This document shows positions 30,360 to 39,442 of a stretch of 64,000 nt of DNA, in pieces (within the stretch, counting starts at the first letter, position 1; every line of letters begins with the position of its first letter). Source of the stretch: a virus; IMG/VR virus record IMGVR_UViG_3300025073_000027, positions 64,001 through 128,000 of that record; one strand, written 5' to 3'. A program made the position numbers and the translations under genes. The notes below the pieces were generated by a model. The model did no database searches and was not told the DNA's origin. It was given only the letters and a program-made list of their open reading frames with translations.

Positions 30360-30575
30360 TTATTGGTTCAGAGCAGGTATATTCCAGAAAGCAGGATATT
30401 CCCTTCTCATATGTCTTGTCGCTAATATTCTTTGCAAGATATGAATACTGTTTTTAAAATCATTAACATCATCGGCATTTAAATCCTCTAGCCTAATAAA
30501 AGTATTCCACGCCTGAACAATGTGATGTATAACACAATATTCCTCATAAGTTAAACCAGTTTCTTCGTGTTCCAT
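30360..30575 (-). CDS. hypothetical protein
   Basis: 71 aa; stop inside palindrome at 30346. Confidence 0.55.
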   Translation of the reverse strand: MEHEETGLTYEEYCVIHHIVQAWNTFIRLEDLNADDVNDFKNSIHILQRILATRHMRREYPAFWNIPALNQ

Positions 30576-30600
30576 TTTTATTCCTTATAAAAGCATTATT

Positions 30601-30759
30601 TTATTGTTTATAAAATGGTAATCGTGAATCCGCTCCACGTTTTACTTTATCCTTAGAAAGTCCTAAAGATTTTGCTACTTTTTCTATATTTTGAAGATGA
30701 CTACATATACGATAATTTTTATCTTCTATTGTAATTGTATAAAAGTATATATTGTTCAT
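30601..30759 (-). CDS. tiny ORF below track threshold (52 aa)
   Basis: MNNIYFYTITIEDKNY..PFYKQ; stop inside palindrome at 30587. Confidence 0.45.
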   Translation of the reverse strand: MNNIYFYTITIEDKNYRICSHLQNIEKVAKSLGLSKDKVKRGADSRLPFYKQ

Positions 30760-30808
30760 TTTGTTTTTTTATAACCAAAACTTATTTATTTTTTTATATT
30801 TATAATAT

Positions 30809-31066
30809 TTACATTTTTTTTACTGGCTTATCGGGTATAAAATTAATCTTATGTGAAAGCCATTGTTTTAAACTATATTCAATATCGAGGTAATAAAATA
30901 TTTCATTCATATATTCTTTTATCCAACTATAGATTTCTCGTAAACCAAAATTTAATAAGCTGAATTTTCTCGCTTTACAAATATACCAATCCCAATATGA
31001 TATATGTTCACAATGAAGGCATAGGTGATTTTTGTATATTTCTTGCATTTGTTTATTTTTATCCAT
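30809..31066 (-). CDS. hypothetical protein
   Basis: 85 aa, CLHC. Confidence 0.5.
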   Translation of the reverse strand: MDKNKQMQEIYKNHLCLHCEHISYWDWYICKARKFSLLNFGLREIYSWIKEYMNEIFYYLDIEYSLKQWLSHKINFIPDKPVKKM

Positions 31067-31098
31067 TATCCATTTGTTTTCCTTATAAAATATCGGTT

Positions 31099-31266
31099 TT
31101 ATTGTTTATTATTTTCTACCCAATATAAAAATTGATCCAATTCGGATTTAGCATATCCATGCCTTGATTGTATATCTTGATAATCATCATATTTATCTAA
31201 GGTTTCAAGATATTCTGTTACCCATTCATTATATAATTCTAAAAATATTCTTGTTTCAATATTCAT
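31099..31266 (-). CDS. tiny ORF below track threshold (55 aa)
   Basis: MNIETRIFLELYNEW..ENNKQ; RBS next to palindrome 31281, stop in palindrome 31085. Confidence 0.5.
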   Translation of the reverse strand: MNIETRIFLELYNEWVTEYLETLDKYDDYQDIQSRHGYAKSELDQFLYWVENNKQ

Positions 31267-31294
31267 TTACTTATTTCCTTATAAAATTGTGGTT

Positions 31295-31498
31295 TTATTC
31301 TGAAATATATTTATTTGTATCCATAAATTTAATATCAATAGCACTCGATAAAATATTTATAAGTTTTCCTGTTTTAACATCTTCTAAACAATAGCAATGA
31401 TAATTATCAATCATATATGAATACCAAAATAATCCCATCTTCCATTCAATACCTATTTGATATTTACATAATCTATATTGAGGTTCTAATTTAATCAT
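31295..31498 (-). CDS. hypothetical protein
   Basis: 67 aa bracketed by palindromes. Confidence 0.5.
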   Translation of the reverse strand: MIKLEPQYRLCKYQIGIEWKMGLFWYSYMIDNYHCYCLEDVKTGKLINILSSAIDIKFMDTNKYISE

Positions 31499-31530
31499 TT
31501 GTTTTTCCTAATAAAATCTAATTTTTATCA

Positions 31531-31764
31531 TTATAAATTTTTAAGTTCCCATTCTAAATCTTCTATTTTATTTTTTAATTCTTCTATGTCATCATCATAT
31601 CTTTTTTCAAGAACATCCAATTCATCTGCATATTCATAACATAAATTTCTTAATCGATCATTGACTTTTCTAATTACTTTCAGTTCCTTTTCAATTTCAT
31701 CAATGCTAGGGCAAGAGTGTTCAATGTTATCAATTTTTCTAGTTCGTTCACTATAAATAGTCAT
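31531..31764 (-). CDS. small coiled-coil protein
   Basis: CPSID then heptad-rich helix. Confidence 0.55.
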   Translation of the reverse strand: MTIYSERTRKIDNIEHSCPSIDEIEKELKVIRKVNDRLRNLCYEYADELDVLEKRYDDDIEELKNKIEDLEWELKNL

Positions 31765-31768
31765 AATA

Positions 31769-32314
31769 TTAATTATTATTGTCCTTTTTTTCTGTCATTA
31801 TCATTCTTATTTCTTCTAAACTAACTGGATAATAATTATTATTATCTATTCCAACATCATATGCTAAAGATCCATTTGGGTAAATATAATTACCGTGAGA
31901 GTGAGCATGTAAATGCCATGACCCATAATGTTTTCTATCCCATTCCGCAAGAGGATAATGACATAAAACAATTGGTACTTCAAATTCTTCTAATACAATC
32001 ATTGGTGGCAATAATTTAACGGGATGATTTTTAGAATAATATTCTTCTTTATAAGATAGCCAGCGCTTATCGTGATGCCAAGGATTAGATAAAACAGAAA
32101 TTATTCCATTTAATTGTATAAAATATTTTTTGGCAAGAGCAACATTCCCTAAAGTAAAATCACTCAAATGATAAACTATGTCATTTTTAGAAACCTTTTC
32201 ATTCCATTTATTTATTAATTCTTGATCCATTTCTTCTACGGATTGAAAAGGTCTTTTTGTATATTTGATTACATTAGTATGGCCGAAATGTTGATCTGAA
32301 GTAAAAAATATCAT
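31769..32314 (-). CDS. calcineurin-like metallophosphoesterase
   Basis: SDQHFGH, LSDF, HYP, HAHSH, DVGID. Confidence 0.85.
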   Translation of the reverse strand: MIFFTSDQHFGHTNVIKYTKRPFQSVEEMDQELINKWNEKVSKNDIVYHLSDFTLGNVALAKKYFIQLNGIISVLSNPWHHDKRWLSYKEEYYSKNHPVKLLPPMIVLEEFEVPIVLCHYPLAEWDRKHYGSWHLHAHSHGNYIYPNGSLAYDVGIDNNNYYPVSLEEIRMIMTEKKDNNN

Positions 32315-32318
32315 AAAA

Positions 32319-32525
32319 CTATCCTCTTATTTGGTTTTCATTATATTTAACAACTGCTTGACTATAAATAATCATATCGTTTATACCAGGAGAAAAAAGA
32401 AATGCATATGATGGGCCATATAATTTCCATTTCTTTTTTAAATAACTATTTACATTATTATTAAACGTAGATAAATCACAAGATTCAATCATACAATATT
32501 CTTCAATATTTTCTATATTATACAT
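32319..32525 (-). CDS. DUF1737-like small protein
   Basis: VN.YL..KWKLYGP..YSQAVVK. Confidence 0.5.
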   Translation of the reverse strand: MYNIENIEEYCMIESCDLSTFNNNVNSYLKKKWKLYGPSYAFLFSPGINDMIIYSQAVVKYNENQIRG

Positions 32526-32546
32526 ATTATTATACCCTTATTTTGT

Positions 32547-32600
32547 TTTCATTATATTTATGGGTTTCATCGTTTGTTGAAACTCATAGATATAATGAAA
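32547..32600. repeat. 54-bp imperfect inverted repeat
   Basis: 23-bp arms (21/23 complementary) around an 8-bp loop. Confidence 0.75.
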
Positions 32601-32610
32601 TTATTTGTTT

Positions 32611-32805
32611 TTATGGCAACATTGCTCGAACAAAACAATCCTTTGCCTCAAGTAACTTCCTCATTCCTGCTGATTTTTCTGGTCCATCAGGAAGGATGTT
32701 TTCCATATAAAATGCTAATTCGGCTACTTTTTTAGATACATCACGTAATTCACCAGAAAGATGTTCATATATAAAATATTTAATTGTTGTACTTGGCATT
32801 TTCAT
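32611..32805 (-). CDS. conserved small helical phage protein
   Basis: YF.YEHL..VSK..LPDGPEKSAGMRKLLEAKDCFVRA. Confidence 0.6.
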   Translation of the reverse strand: MKMPSTTIKYFIYEHLSGELRDVSKKVAELAFYMENILPDGPEKSAGMRKLLEAKDCFVRAMLP

Positions 32806-32811
32806 TCTCCT

Positions 32812-33102
32812 TTATTCTTCTATAAAAAATTGCATAGATTCTAGTTCTTCTAACCATTTATCCATACAATTCAAGCAAGAATAAGTGCTACCCCATTCTC
32901 CTTCAACAATTGCATGTTCTCTCATTGCCAATTCACCAGTAAGTATTTCATGATATGAATTTTCACCAACCAGTTCTGCTAAACAGCAATTATGAGGTTT
33001 TCTGGTTTTTACTATTTTCCAAGTATATACCTTTATATTTGTATCTCTATCTGTACCTAAAAACGGATTCCAATTTTGATATGTTTCTTTTTTGTATTTC
33101 AT
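32812..33102 (-). CDS. small Zn-binding protein
   Basis: KTRKPHNCC..CLNC. Confidence 0.55.
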   Translation of the reverse strand: MKYKKETYQNWNPFLGTDRDTNIKVYTWKIVKTRKPHNCCLAELVGENSYHEILTGELAMREHAIVEGEWGSTYSCLNCMDKWLEELESMQFFIEE

Positions 33103-33154
33103 TATTAATCTTTTTTCCTTTTTTGATATTTTTTTTATTAATCCTATTCCTTAT

Positions 33155-33427
33155 TCATTCTACACTTGATTTATTAAATATGTGCTCACCGCCCCTAGTA
33201 GAACTATACCAATATAAAATCCATAAAAGACAATTATCTTTTATAGCGGCTATAATTTCTTCGTTGCCAGACCATCCACCTGTAATTAAGTGCCAATCTT
33301 TTCCGATCTTTGATATATATTCGGGCCAATGCCATAGATTAGATACATAGTTCATCAGTCCATCAAAGTCATCAGCGTCCCACTCTCGTATCTTTTGCAA
33401 TTCGTTATCTTCTGGATAGTCACTCAT
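33155..33427 (-). CDS. conserved hypothetical phage protein
   Basis: TGGWSGNEEII..RGG. Confidence 0.6.
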   Translation of the reverse strand: MSDYPEDNELQKIREWDADDFDGLMNYVSNLWHWPEYISKIGKDWHLITGGWSGNEEIIAAIKDNCLLWILYWYSSTRGGEHIFNKSSVE

Positions 33428-33457
33428 GTTATATTTTTTCCTATGAAATTTACTTTT

Positions 33458-33808
33458 TTATTGTAAAATTTTATTCATAATATATTTATATGTTTCAATG
33501 GCCTTATCTGATCCTCTAAATTCAAATGAATATTTTCCAGCTGAAGTCATAATAACAATTGTACTTGTTTTTATAAATGTTCCGGAATCTAATGCGGATA
33601 CGGCAACGATTTTAGAATATGGTACAGATGCCATATTTTTGTTTTTTACCCATCCAGTCATTTCTTGATCATAAAATATAAGTCTTTTATTTGTTATACC
33701 AACAAATCCAGTTCCGACACCTTTACAATCATATACCGATATTAATTCTTCTCCGCTAAGAATATATGGTGCTATTTTTTCATATTGTTCTTTTTTATCG
33801 TAATACAT
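33458..33808 (-). CDS. bacterial PH-domain protein
   Basis: GEE..ITNKRLIFYD..SVPYSKI..VS. Confidence 0.7.
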   Translation of the reverse strand: MYYDKKEQYEKIAPYILSGEELISVYDCKGVGTGFVGITNKRLIFYDQEMTGWVKNKNMASVPYSKIVAVSALDSGTFIKTSTIVIMTSAGKYSFEFRGSDKAIETYKYIMNKILQ

Positions 33809-33841
33809 TTTAAATATCTTTCTCCTAATAAAACTTAATTT

Positions 33842-34027
33842 TTATTCTAAATATTCCCAATACTCTTTACCTAGTGATATTTCACTATCCGATAATTCTG
33901 GTAATCCCAATGTCTTTCTAATCCTATTAATTATTAAATAGCCATCATAAACATAACACCAAGCATGATCAAACCCTTCCATAACAAACTCTTTAATATC
34001 ATTAATTGTCTCTCGATTAATATCCAT
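33842..34027 (-). CDS. hypothetical protein
   Basis: 61 aa bracketed by palindromes. Confidence 0.5.
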   Translation of the reverse strand: MDINRETINDIKEFVMEGFDHAWCYVYDGYLIINRIRKTLGLPELSDSEISLGKEYWEYLE

Positions 34028-34050
34028 ATTTCTCCTATAAAATTGAAGTT

Positions 34051-34263
34051 TTATTGTTCTTCATCATCTTTATAAAATTCTTCAACATCGTGATAACCTG
34101 AATATGGGTTAAGCACATAACCAAGAGCATTTACCTTGTCTTTATGAACAGGTGCATCGTAACCACAAAAGTAAAAATTGTTGTCTATATAACGTGCTAT
34201 TTCTATATCATCATCTGCATATCTTACCCAATAATACATTCCGTCATATAAGTTTATGTCCAT
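34051..34263 (-). CDS. hypothetical protein
   Basis: 70 aa, GMYYWVR. Confidence 0.5.
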   Translation of the reverse strand: MDINLYDGMYYWVRYADDDIEIARYIDNNFYFCGYDAPVHKDKVNALGYVLNPYSGYHDVEEFYKDDEEQ

Positions 34264-34473
34264 TTATATCTCATCTTTCTTTCGCAATCTTTCAACTGAA
34301 AAATAACTTGGATAATCTAACGTAAATAAAATTTTATAAATATCTGGAAAATTATCAAATACTTTAATTGCGTGTTGAATTAAAGCATCATTTACAGTTT
34401 CGTTATCTTTTATATATGTTTCTTCTTTACCTGTAAATGGATCGTCATAAATGCATTTGTATTTATATTCCAT
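34264..34473 (-). CDS. hypothetical protein
   Basis: 69 aa, AAGGAG RBS abutting palindrome 34486. Confidence 0.5.
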   Translation of the reverse strand: MEYKYKCIYDDPFTGKEETYIKDNETVNDALIQHAIKVFDNFPDIYKILFTLDYPSYFSVERLRKKDEI

Positions 34474-34499
34474 ATTTTTCTCCTTATAAAAGAATTATT

Positions 34500-36743
34500 T
34501 TATAATAATTTAAGCCACGTATTTCTACTTGTATTTTTATCAGTTTCAATTGCTTTATTGAAGGCCCAAGGTTCAGCAAGAATAAGACATCGCTTTATTG
34601 CTCTGGTAACAGTTGTGTAAAGATAACATCGATCTAAAAGCATAAAATGTGTATTATCAATTAAAGATATTATTGTATGACACTGGCTTCCTTGGAATTT
34701 GTGTGTTGTTAAAGCATAAGCTAAATCTATATCTTTTAATTCTGTTTTAGTGTATTGAATATATTGATCATCGTATTTCACCACTAAAACCTTTTCTCCA
34801 TCTGGATTTATACCTAAACTATCTACATATCCTAAAGTTCCATTCATTACACCTTTTTCGTAATCGTTTCTAATATGTATTACCTTAGAACCAATTTTAT
34901 ATTTTATTTCACCATATTCCATATAAGGAACATCATCTGATAATAATATATCTTGTATTTGTCTATTTATTTTTTTAGTGCTATTAATACAATCCTTTTT
35001 TCTAGGTGTAAGAATAATTACTTCATCTAAACTTAGACTTTCCTCAGTAATTGAACGTAAAAATGTTTTTACCGCTATTTCATTCAAAGCATCGCGTGAA
35101 TCTCTAAACATATAATAAAGATCTTCTAATTCGCCATGAACAATTTTAAAACTCTTTTGTGGAACAGGATTTTTACCAACTCTTATTTTGTTAGCATCTG
35201 AAATAATTCCTGATTTTTCAGCTTGCCGATGTATCTTAGTTAATTTATTTAATTGTAATCCTTCTTTATCCAATAAATCAGAAAAAATATTGGCATAGCC
35301 GATAGGAGGTAATTGGAAGTTATCGCCTACTAAAATAACTTTTGTTCCAGTTTGAATTGCCTTGAATAAATTAAGAAATAAATAACCATTTAACATTGAA
35401 CATTCATCAATTAAAATAACATCATAAGGCAATTTTAAATATTCATCAAATTTAAAGTTATTTAATCCATCTGCCCCCAAGAGTCTATGCAGCGTTGAAC
35501 TAGGATATCCGGTAACTTCTTCTAATCTTTTAGAAGCTTTAGCGGCAAGTGTAGCGCAAGCAATAGGGTGATTACTATAAATATTTAGGATACCTCGTGA
35601 TATAGACGATTTGCCAGTACCGGCAGGACCACAAAGAAGATTGAAATTGTTTTTAGTGATATTTATTAATGCTTCCCTTTGTTCTTCAGAGAAAATAAAT
35701 CCCTGATCTTCTTCAGCTTTCTTTATACCTTCATTAATTTCTTCTTGTGTAATTTCAAGAAGCTCACTTTCACTAAATTCTTTAACGTATCTCCATATTT
35801 CTCGTTCAACCCAATAATAATAGTCTAATCCTACTTTCCAATTATCATCTTCATCTTTTTCAAAATGTAAAAAAGTGGTAAACCCTTTTTCTTTTTCAAT
35901 TACGGATTGATAAATTTCTTCACACTCAATTAGGTTTTCTTTTACAGCAATTGTAAGATCATCTAAATACAGCCAAGTATGTCCAGAACCATCACCTAAT
36001 TCTCGTAGATAATTTTTTATAAATGAAATGACTCTTTTATCAGAATGTTTCATTTCTGGATTAAGTTTTATTGCTATATTATCTGCTTGTTTGAAACTTA
36101 TTCCAGGTATATCTATAATAATATATGGATCATTTAATAACTTTTGTTTCAATAATTCGGCATTAGGTTCAAAATTTAAAAGTTTGTGTATTTTTGAAAA
36201 CGAAATCCCAAGGGGAGATAGTAATGTAAGAACATCAGCAATAGCATAATTACTAATAATCTTTTCCCTAATCAACTTCCAAGTATGATCTTTAATGCCC
36301 TTAGTATTATTTAAATCAATATCACCTTCGTTACCACTAATAACTTTCTCAATAATGTCTGGATATGCTTCTAATAGAACTTGTGCCTGATTAGGAGTAA
36401 CAATACTTTCTAAAAACTTTTGTTGTTGATCTACAGTCTTAGGAAGTTCTTGACTACTCTTAAGAATCTCGTAACCCCAACCATACTTTGAGTGATTTGT
36501 TAGTTTAGCTTTGAAACGATAAGGCATACCGATTGTAAGTTGTTGAGTTTTACCGGATAAATTAATTTGATAATAAGAATCAATTTTATCGGTTATAAAA
36601 TCAGTATTGAAAATTTGTTTCGCCTGAGGAATTTCTTTATCAAGAGAAACCAAATAAGAACCCCAACTGGAATCGGGACTATAGAATTTCTCAAATGTGG
36701 GTGTTCCATCAAATTCAACAATTTGACCTTCGGAAAAATCCAT
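34500..36743 (-). CDS. recD2: RecD2-like SF1 helicase
   Basis: GPAGTGKS, IDECSM, GD..QLPPIG, IHRQ, YALTTHKFQGS, YTTVTRA. Confidence 0.9.
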   Translation of the reverse strand: MDFSEGQIVEFDGTPTFEKFYSPDSSWGSYLVSLDKEIPQAKQIFNTDFITDKIDSYYQINLSGKTQQLTIGMPYRFKAKLTNHSKYGWGYEILKSSQELPKTVDQQQKFLESIVTPNQAQVLLEAYPDIIEKVISGNEGDIDLNNTKGIKDHTWKLIREKIISNYAIADVLTLLSPLGISFSKIHKLLNFEPNAELLKQKLLNDPYIIIDIPGISFKQADNIAIKLNPEMKHSDKRVISFIKNYLRELGDGSGHTWLYLDDLTIAVKENLIECEEIYQSVIEKEKGFTTFLHFEKDEDDNWKVGLDYYYWVEREIWRYVKEFSESELLEITQEEINEGIKKAEEDQGFIFSEEQREALINITKNNFNLLCGPAGTGKSSISRGILNIYSNHPIACATLAAKASKRLEEVTGYPSSTLHRLLGADGLNNFKFDEYLKLPYDVILIDECSMLNGYLFLNLFKAIQTGTKVILVGDNFQLPPIGYANIFSDLLDKEGLQLNKLTKIHRQAEKSGIISDANKIRVGKNPVPQKSFKIVHGELEDLYYMFRDSRDALNEIAVKTFLRSITEESLSLDEVIILTPRKKDCINSTKKINRQIQDILLSDDVPYMEYGEIKYKIGSKVIHIRNDYEKGVMNGTLGYVDSLGINPDGEKVLVVKYDDQYIQYTKTELKDIDLAYALTTHKFQGSQCHTIISLIDNTHFMLLDRCYLYTTVTRAIKRCLILAEPWAFNKAIETDKNTSRNTWLKLL

Positions 36744-36797
36744 TTATTATTTATTATCCTTGTTATTATTTTATAATTTATTATTTATAGATGTTAT

Positions 36798-36826
36798 ATA
36801 TTATCACAGAATTACAAATTTGTCAA
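36798..36826 (-). promoter_or_regulatory. sigma70-type promoter upstream of recD2
   Basis: TTGACA-17-TAATAT with TG extension. Confidence 0.65.
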
Positions 36827-39432
36827 GACTTGGATAAAAATTCATGTTCCTTTTCTGTAATAAAATAAGTTTCCATCCACCAATCTATCTTATCAGGAAC
36901 TTGTTCCCACTCACCATTCTCATTCTTACGCATAGAATTTTTCTTTTTGAATGATTTACAGAGAAGAATATCACCTTCAGTAAAAGGATGAGAATCAAAT
37001 ATTTTTTTAGATACTTTTACAACTTGGCAAGTGCCAGTCGATAAAGGATATAATTCTATTTTAGGAGTATATTTAGTATCAATTTTCTTTACAACAGCAT
37101 ATCTTTTATCTACATCAAACTTAGTTCGAATATTGCCAGCAACTTCTATCTCGTTATTTATTTGCTCAAAAATAGTAAAACTTTTTTCATCCTGAAAATC
37201 ATACGATAAACGTAATTCTTCTAATCGTTTTACTTTAGATTTATCGGTTAATGTTTTCTTGTATCTATTCTTCCCATTAGTAAATTCTTCAAAAAACCAA
37301 AGTTGTTTTTTATTGCTACCAAATTTATCAAAATAATTTATTTTTATCAAGTCTTTAAATTTACTAGAAATCAGAGAATTTTCTTCACAATATACAAGCA
37401 AGTCTAAGAAATCATTTCCAGTAAAATTTTTATTTATGTATGCTAAATTATCAATTAATTTACTAGGTATACTTTTAATACCTTTTAGAATAGAAACAAC
37501 ACCTTCAATTTCTGTTTCTCGTAACGCTTCTGGATCTACATAATCTTCTGGCTCATCTTCAAAACTAAATGGTTCAATATCTTGATTATTTTCAATGTCT
37601 GTAATGTATTTTTGGGCTTCTTCTTCATAAAAGGCATAATCAATATTATATTTTTCTATAGGTATGGAAGCATCATAATCATTTAATATTGTAGTTAGTT
37701 TGCCAACATATAAACCAATTTCTGTTCCATTAGACATTCTGCGTTTGATTAGTTTACCACCGTTGTTTGACACGAAAAATCTATTGTTTTTTTGAAGTTG
37801 AATAATATTATCATCTTTATGAAACTCTAAAATAAAATCTCCACCTGTCTTTTGAGATATACAGAAATCCAAAATATTGTCAGATTTCTTCAAAGTGTCA
37901 ATAACGGAAATCTTATTTACAAAATAATCATACAACGCTTTAGGAACAATGGGATGACGAAATGCCCGTTTTAATTCAACAGTTTTTAAGTAACGTCCTT
38001 TTTCCTTAGTTTTACCATCTGGTTTAACCGTTATGTAGTTATTAACATCGCTTCTATAATATGCCAGATATTCAGTATCTTCAAGAACAAAACCTGTTTT
38101 CTTTTGCCACCATTCAGAAATTTCTTGACATTTATTTTCTAATTCTACTGGCAAATGTAATACTATACCGTCTGTATTTGTAGAAATAACTTCAATTCCT
38201 TCTACTACCAAGGCTTCTATTAACATTAATAAATATAACTGTCCACTTACCGTTACAGATAATAATTGTTTTGGATCATAAAGCCAAAAAACATCACTGC
38301 CCAATTTTCCAAAAATGCTATTAATTGTGATCTTAAGACTATCGGCTTTAATTTTATCTCCGCTTTTCTTGGCTTTCAATCGTTCTTTAGTAATACGCTT
38401 AAGAATATTAACAAATTTAGGATCGAGATGTTCAGAATAAAGATTATTGTTGATCATAATAGATGGGTAGTATGACGCTACATCTTTATCCATTATTTTT
38501 ATCTTATCCGTAGATATAAAATATCCTGGTTTATCAACACTATGCAAACCACCTACTCCTAATTCATAAGTAACATTTGCAAACTTTACTGTCTTACTAT
38601 ATTTAAAATTATCTTCTTTGTGAACAACCTTTTCTTCAATTTCTCTTTTTATTCGTTTTAGACGATTAGTTTTAAATTCAATGTTCTTACCTAAACAATC
38701 ACCAACACGAATACTATCTCTTTCTGTTCGCAAGTTACGCAATTCTTTAGAAGTTATTCCTGTTGCTTTGCAGTATATATGCTCTAAAATAACATCTGCC
38801 ATCTTGGAATCACTTGCACTCATTAAATCAACTTCATATTCTTCACTTAGTTTTTCACGTAATTCAAGTTGAGAAGATAAGGATTGAAGTAATTTTTGAG
38901 TAATAAGAACATCGTTCAAGTTATAACTTAAAACCTTTTCGTATTCTTCTAGTTGAACATGGTGATCATAAGGTAAAGGTAAATCTTGTACTTTGTGCCA
39001 GAGAAGATTGATACTAATTTGTTTGAGGGACACGCCTAACTTATCAAAGGCCATGAGTTTCATCAAGTCAATTTGTTTGTACTTTACATTATTCGGTCTT
39101 TGATGATTACGTGTTTTTGTATCAAATGCCATACGATTAGAATTAATAAGAGAGTTGGAAAAATTATATATTTCAGGATTTATTTCTTTTGGTTTTACAT
39201 TTATATTTTGTTGATAATATTCAGTAATAAAATGTAAAATAGCACCATCAAAGAGAATGTTGTTAAAACCAATAAGTATCATTTCATGGTCTAAGAAATG
39301 ATAGAGAGATTTAATATCGTTTCGCCCTGGCGCTATTACAAATACGTGTTGCTCTGATTCATTATCAGAATTTAAAAATGTACTTGAAAAAAAATTGGGA
39401 AATATTTCTACATCGTATGTATATCTGACCAT
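36823..39432 (-). CDS. family B-type DNA polymerase with 3'-5' exonuclease and C-terminal extension
   Basis: YDVE, GFNNILFD, YNLNDV; DVASYYPS, KITINSIFGK, NTDG. Confidence 0.85.
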   Translation of the reverse strand: MVRYTYDVEIFPNFFSSTFLNSDNESEQHVFVIAPGRNDIKSLYHFLDHEMILIGFNNILFDGAILHFITEYYQQNINVKPKEINPEIYNFSNSLINSNRMAFDTKTRNHQRPNNVKYKQIDLMKLMAFDKLGVSLKQISINLLWHKVQDLPLPYDHHVQLEEYEKVLSYNLNDVLITQKLLQSLSSQLELREKLSEEYEVDLMSASDSKMADVILEHIYCKATGITSKELRNLRTERDSIRVGDCLGKNIEFKTNRLKRIKREIEEKVVHKEDNFKYSKTVKFANVTYELGVGGLHSVDKPGYFISTDKIKIMDKDVASYYPSIMINNNLYSEHLDPKFVNILKRITKERLKAKKSGDKIKADSLKITINSIFGKLGSDVFWLYDPKQLLSVTVSGQLYLLMLIEALVVEGIEVISTNTDGIVLHLPVELENKCQEISEWWQKKTGFVLEDTEYLAYYRSDVNNYITVKPDGKTKEKGRYLKTVELKRAFRHPIVPKALYDYFVNKISVIDTLKKSDNILDFCISQKTGGDFILEFHKDDNIIQLQKNNRFFVSNNGGKLIKRRMSNGTEIGLYVGKLTTILNDYDASIPIEKYNIDYAFYEEEAQKYITDIENNQDIEPFSFEDEPEDYVDPEALRETEIEGVVSILKGIKSIPSKLIDNLAYINKNFTGNDFLDLLVYCEENSLISSKFKDLIKINYFDKFGSNKKQLWFFEEFTNGKNRYKKTLTDKSKVKRLEELRLSYDFQDEKSFTIFEQINNEIEVAGNIRTKFDVDKRYAVVKKIDTKYTPKIELYPLSTGTCQVVKVSKKIFDSHPFTEGDILLCKSFKKKNSMRKNENGEWEQVPDKIDWWMETYFITEKEHEFLSKS

Positions 39433-39442
39433 TATTATCCTT

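Larger units (their letters stand above)
28917..34503. repeat. array of ATAAAA-N6-TTTTAT junction palindromes between tiny ORFs
   Basis: Exact copies start at 28917, 29196, 29957, 30314, 30346, 30587, 31085, 31281, 31511, 33828, 34037, 34486; variants at 29750 and 33443 (7-bp spacer). Confidence 0.85.

Noticed and set aside
28917-34503. Palindrome array as CRISPR or intrinsic terminators
   Set aside because: Spacing is irregular with whole ORFs between copies and no cas genes; a 6-bp all-AU stem is too weak to terminate.
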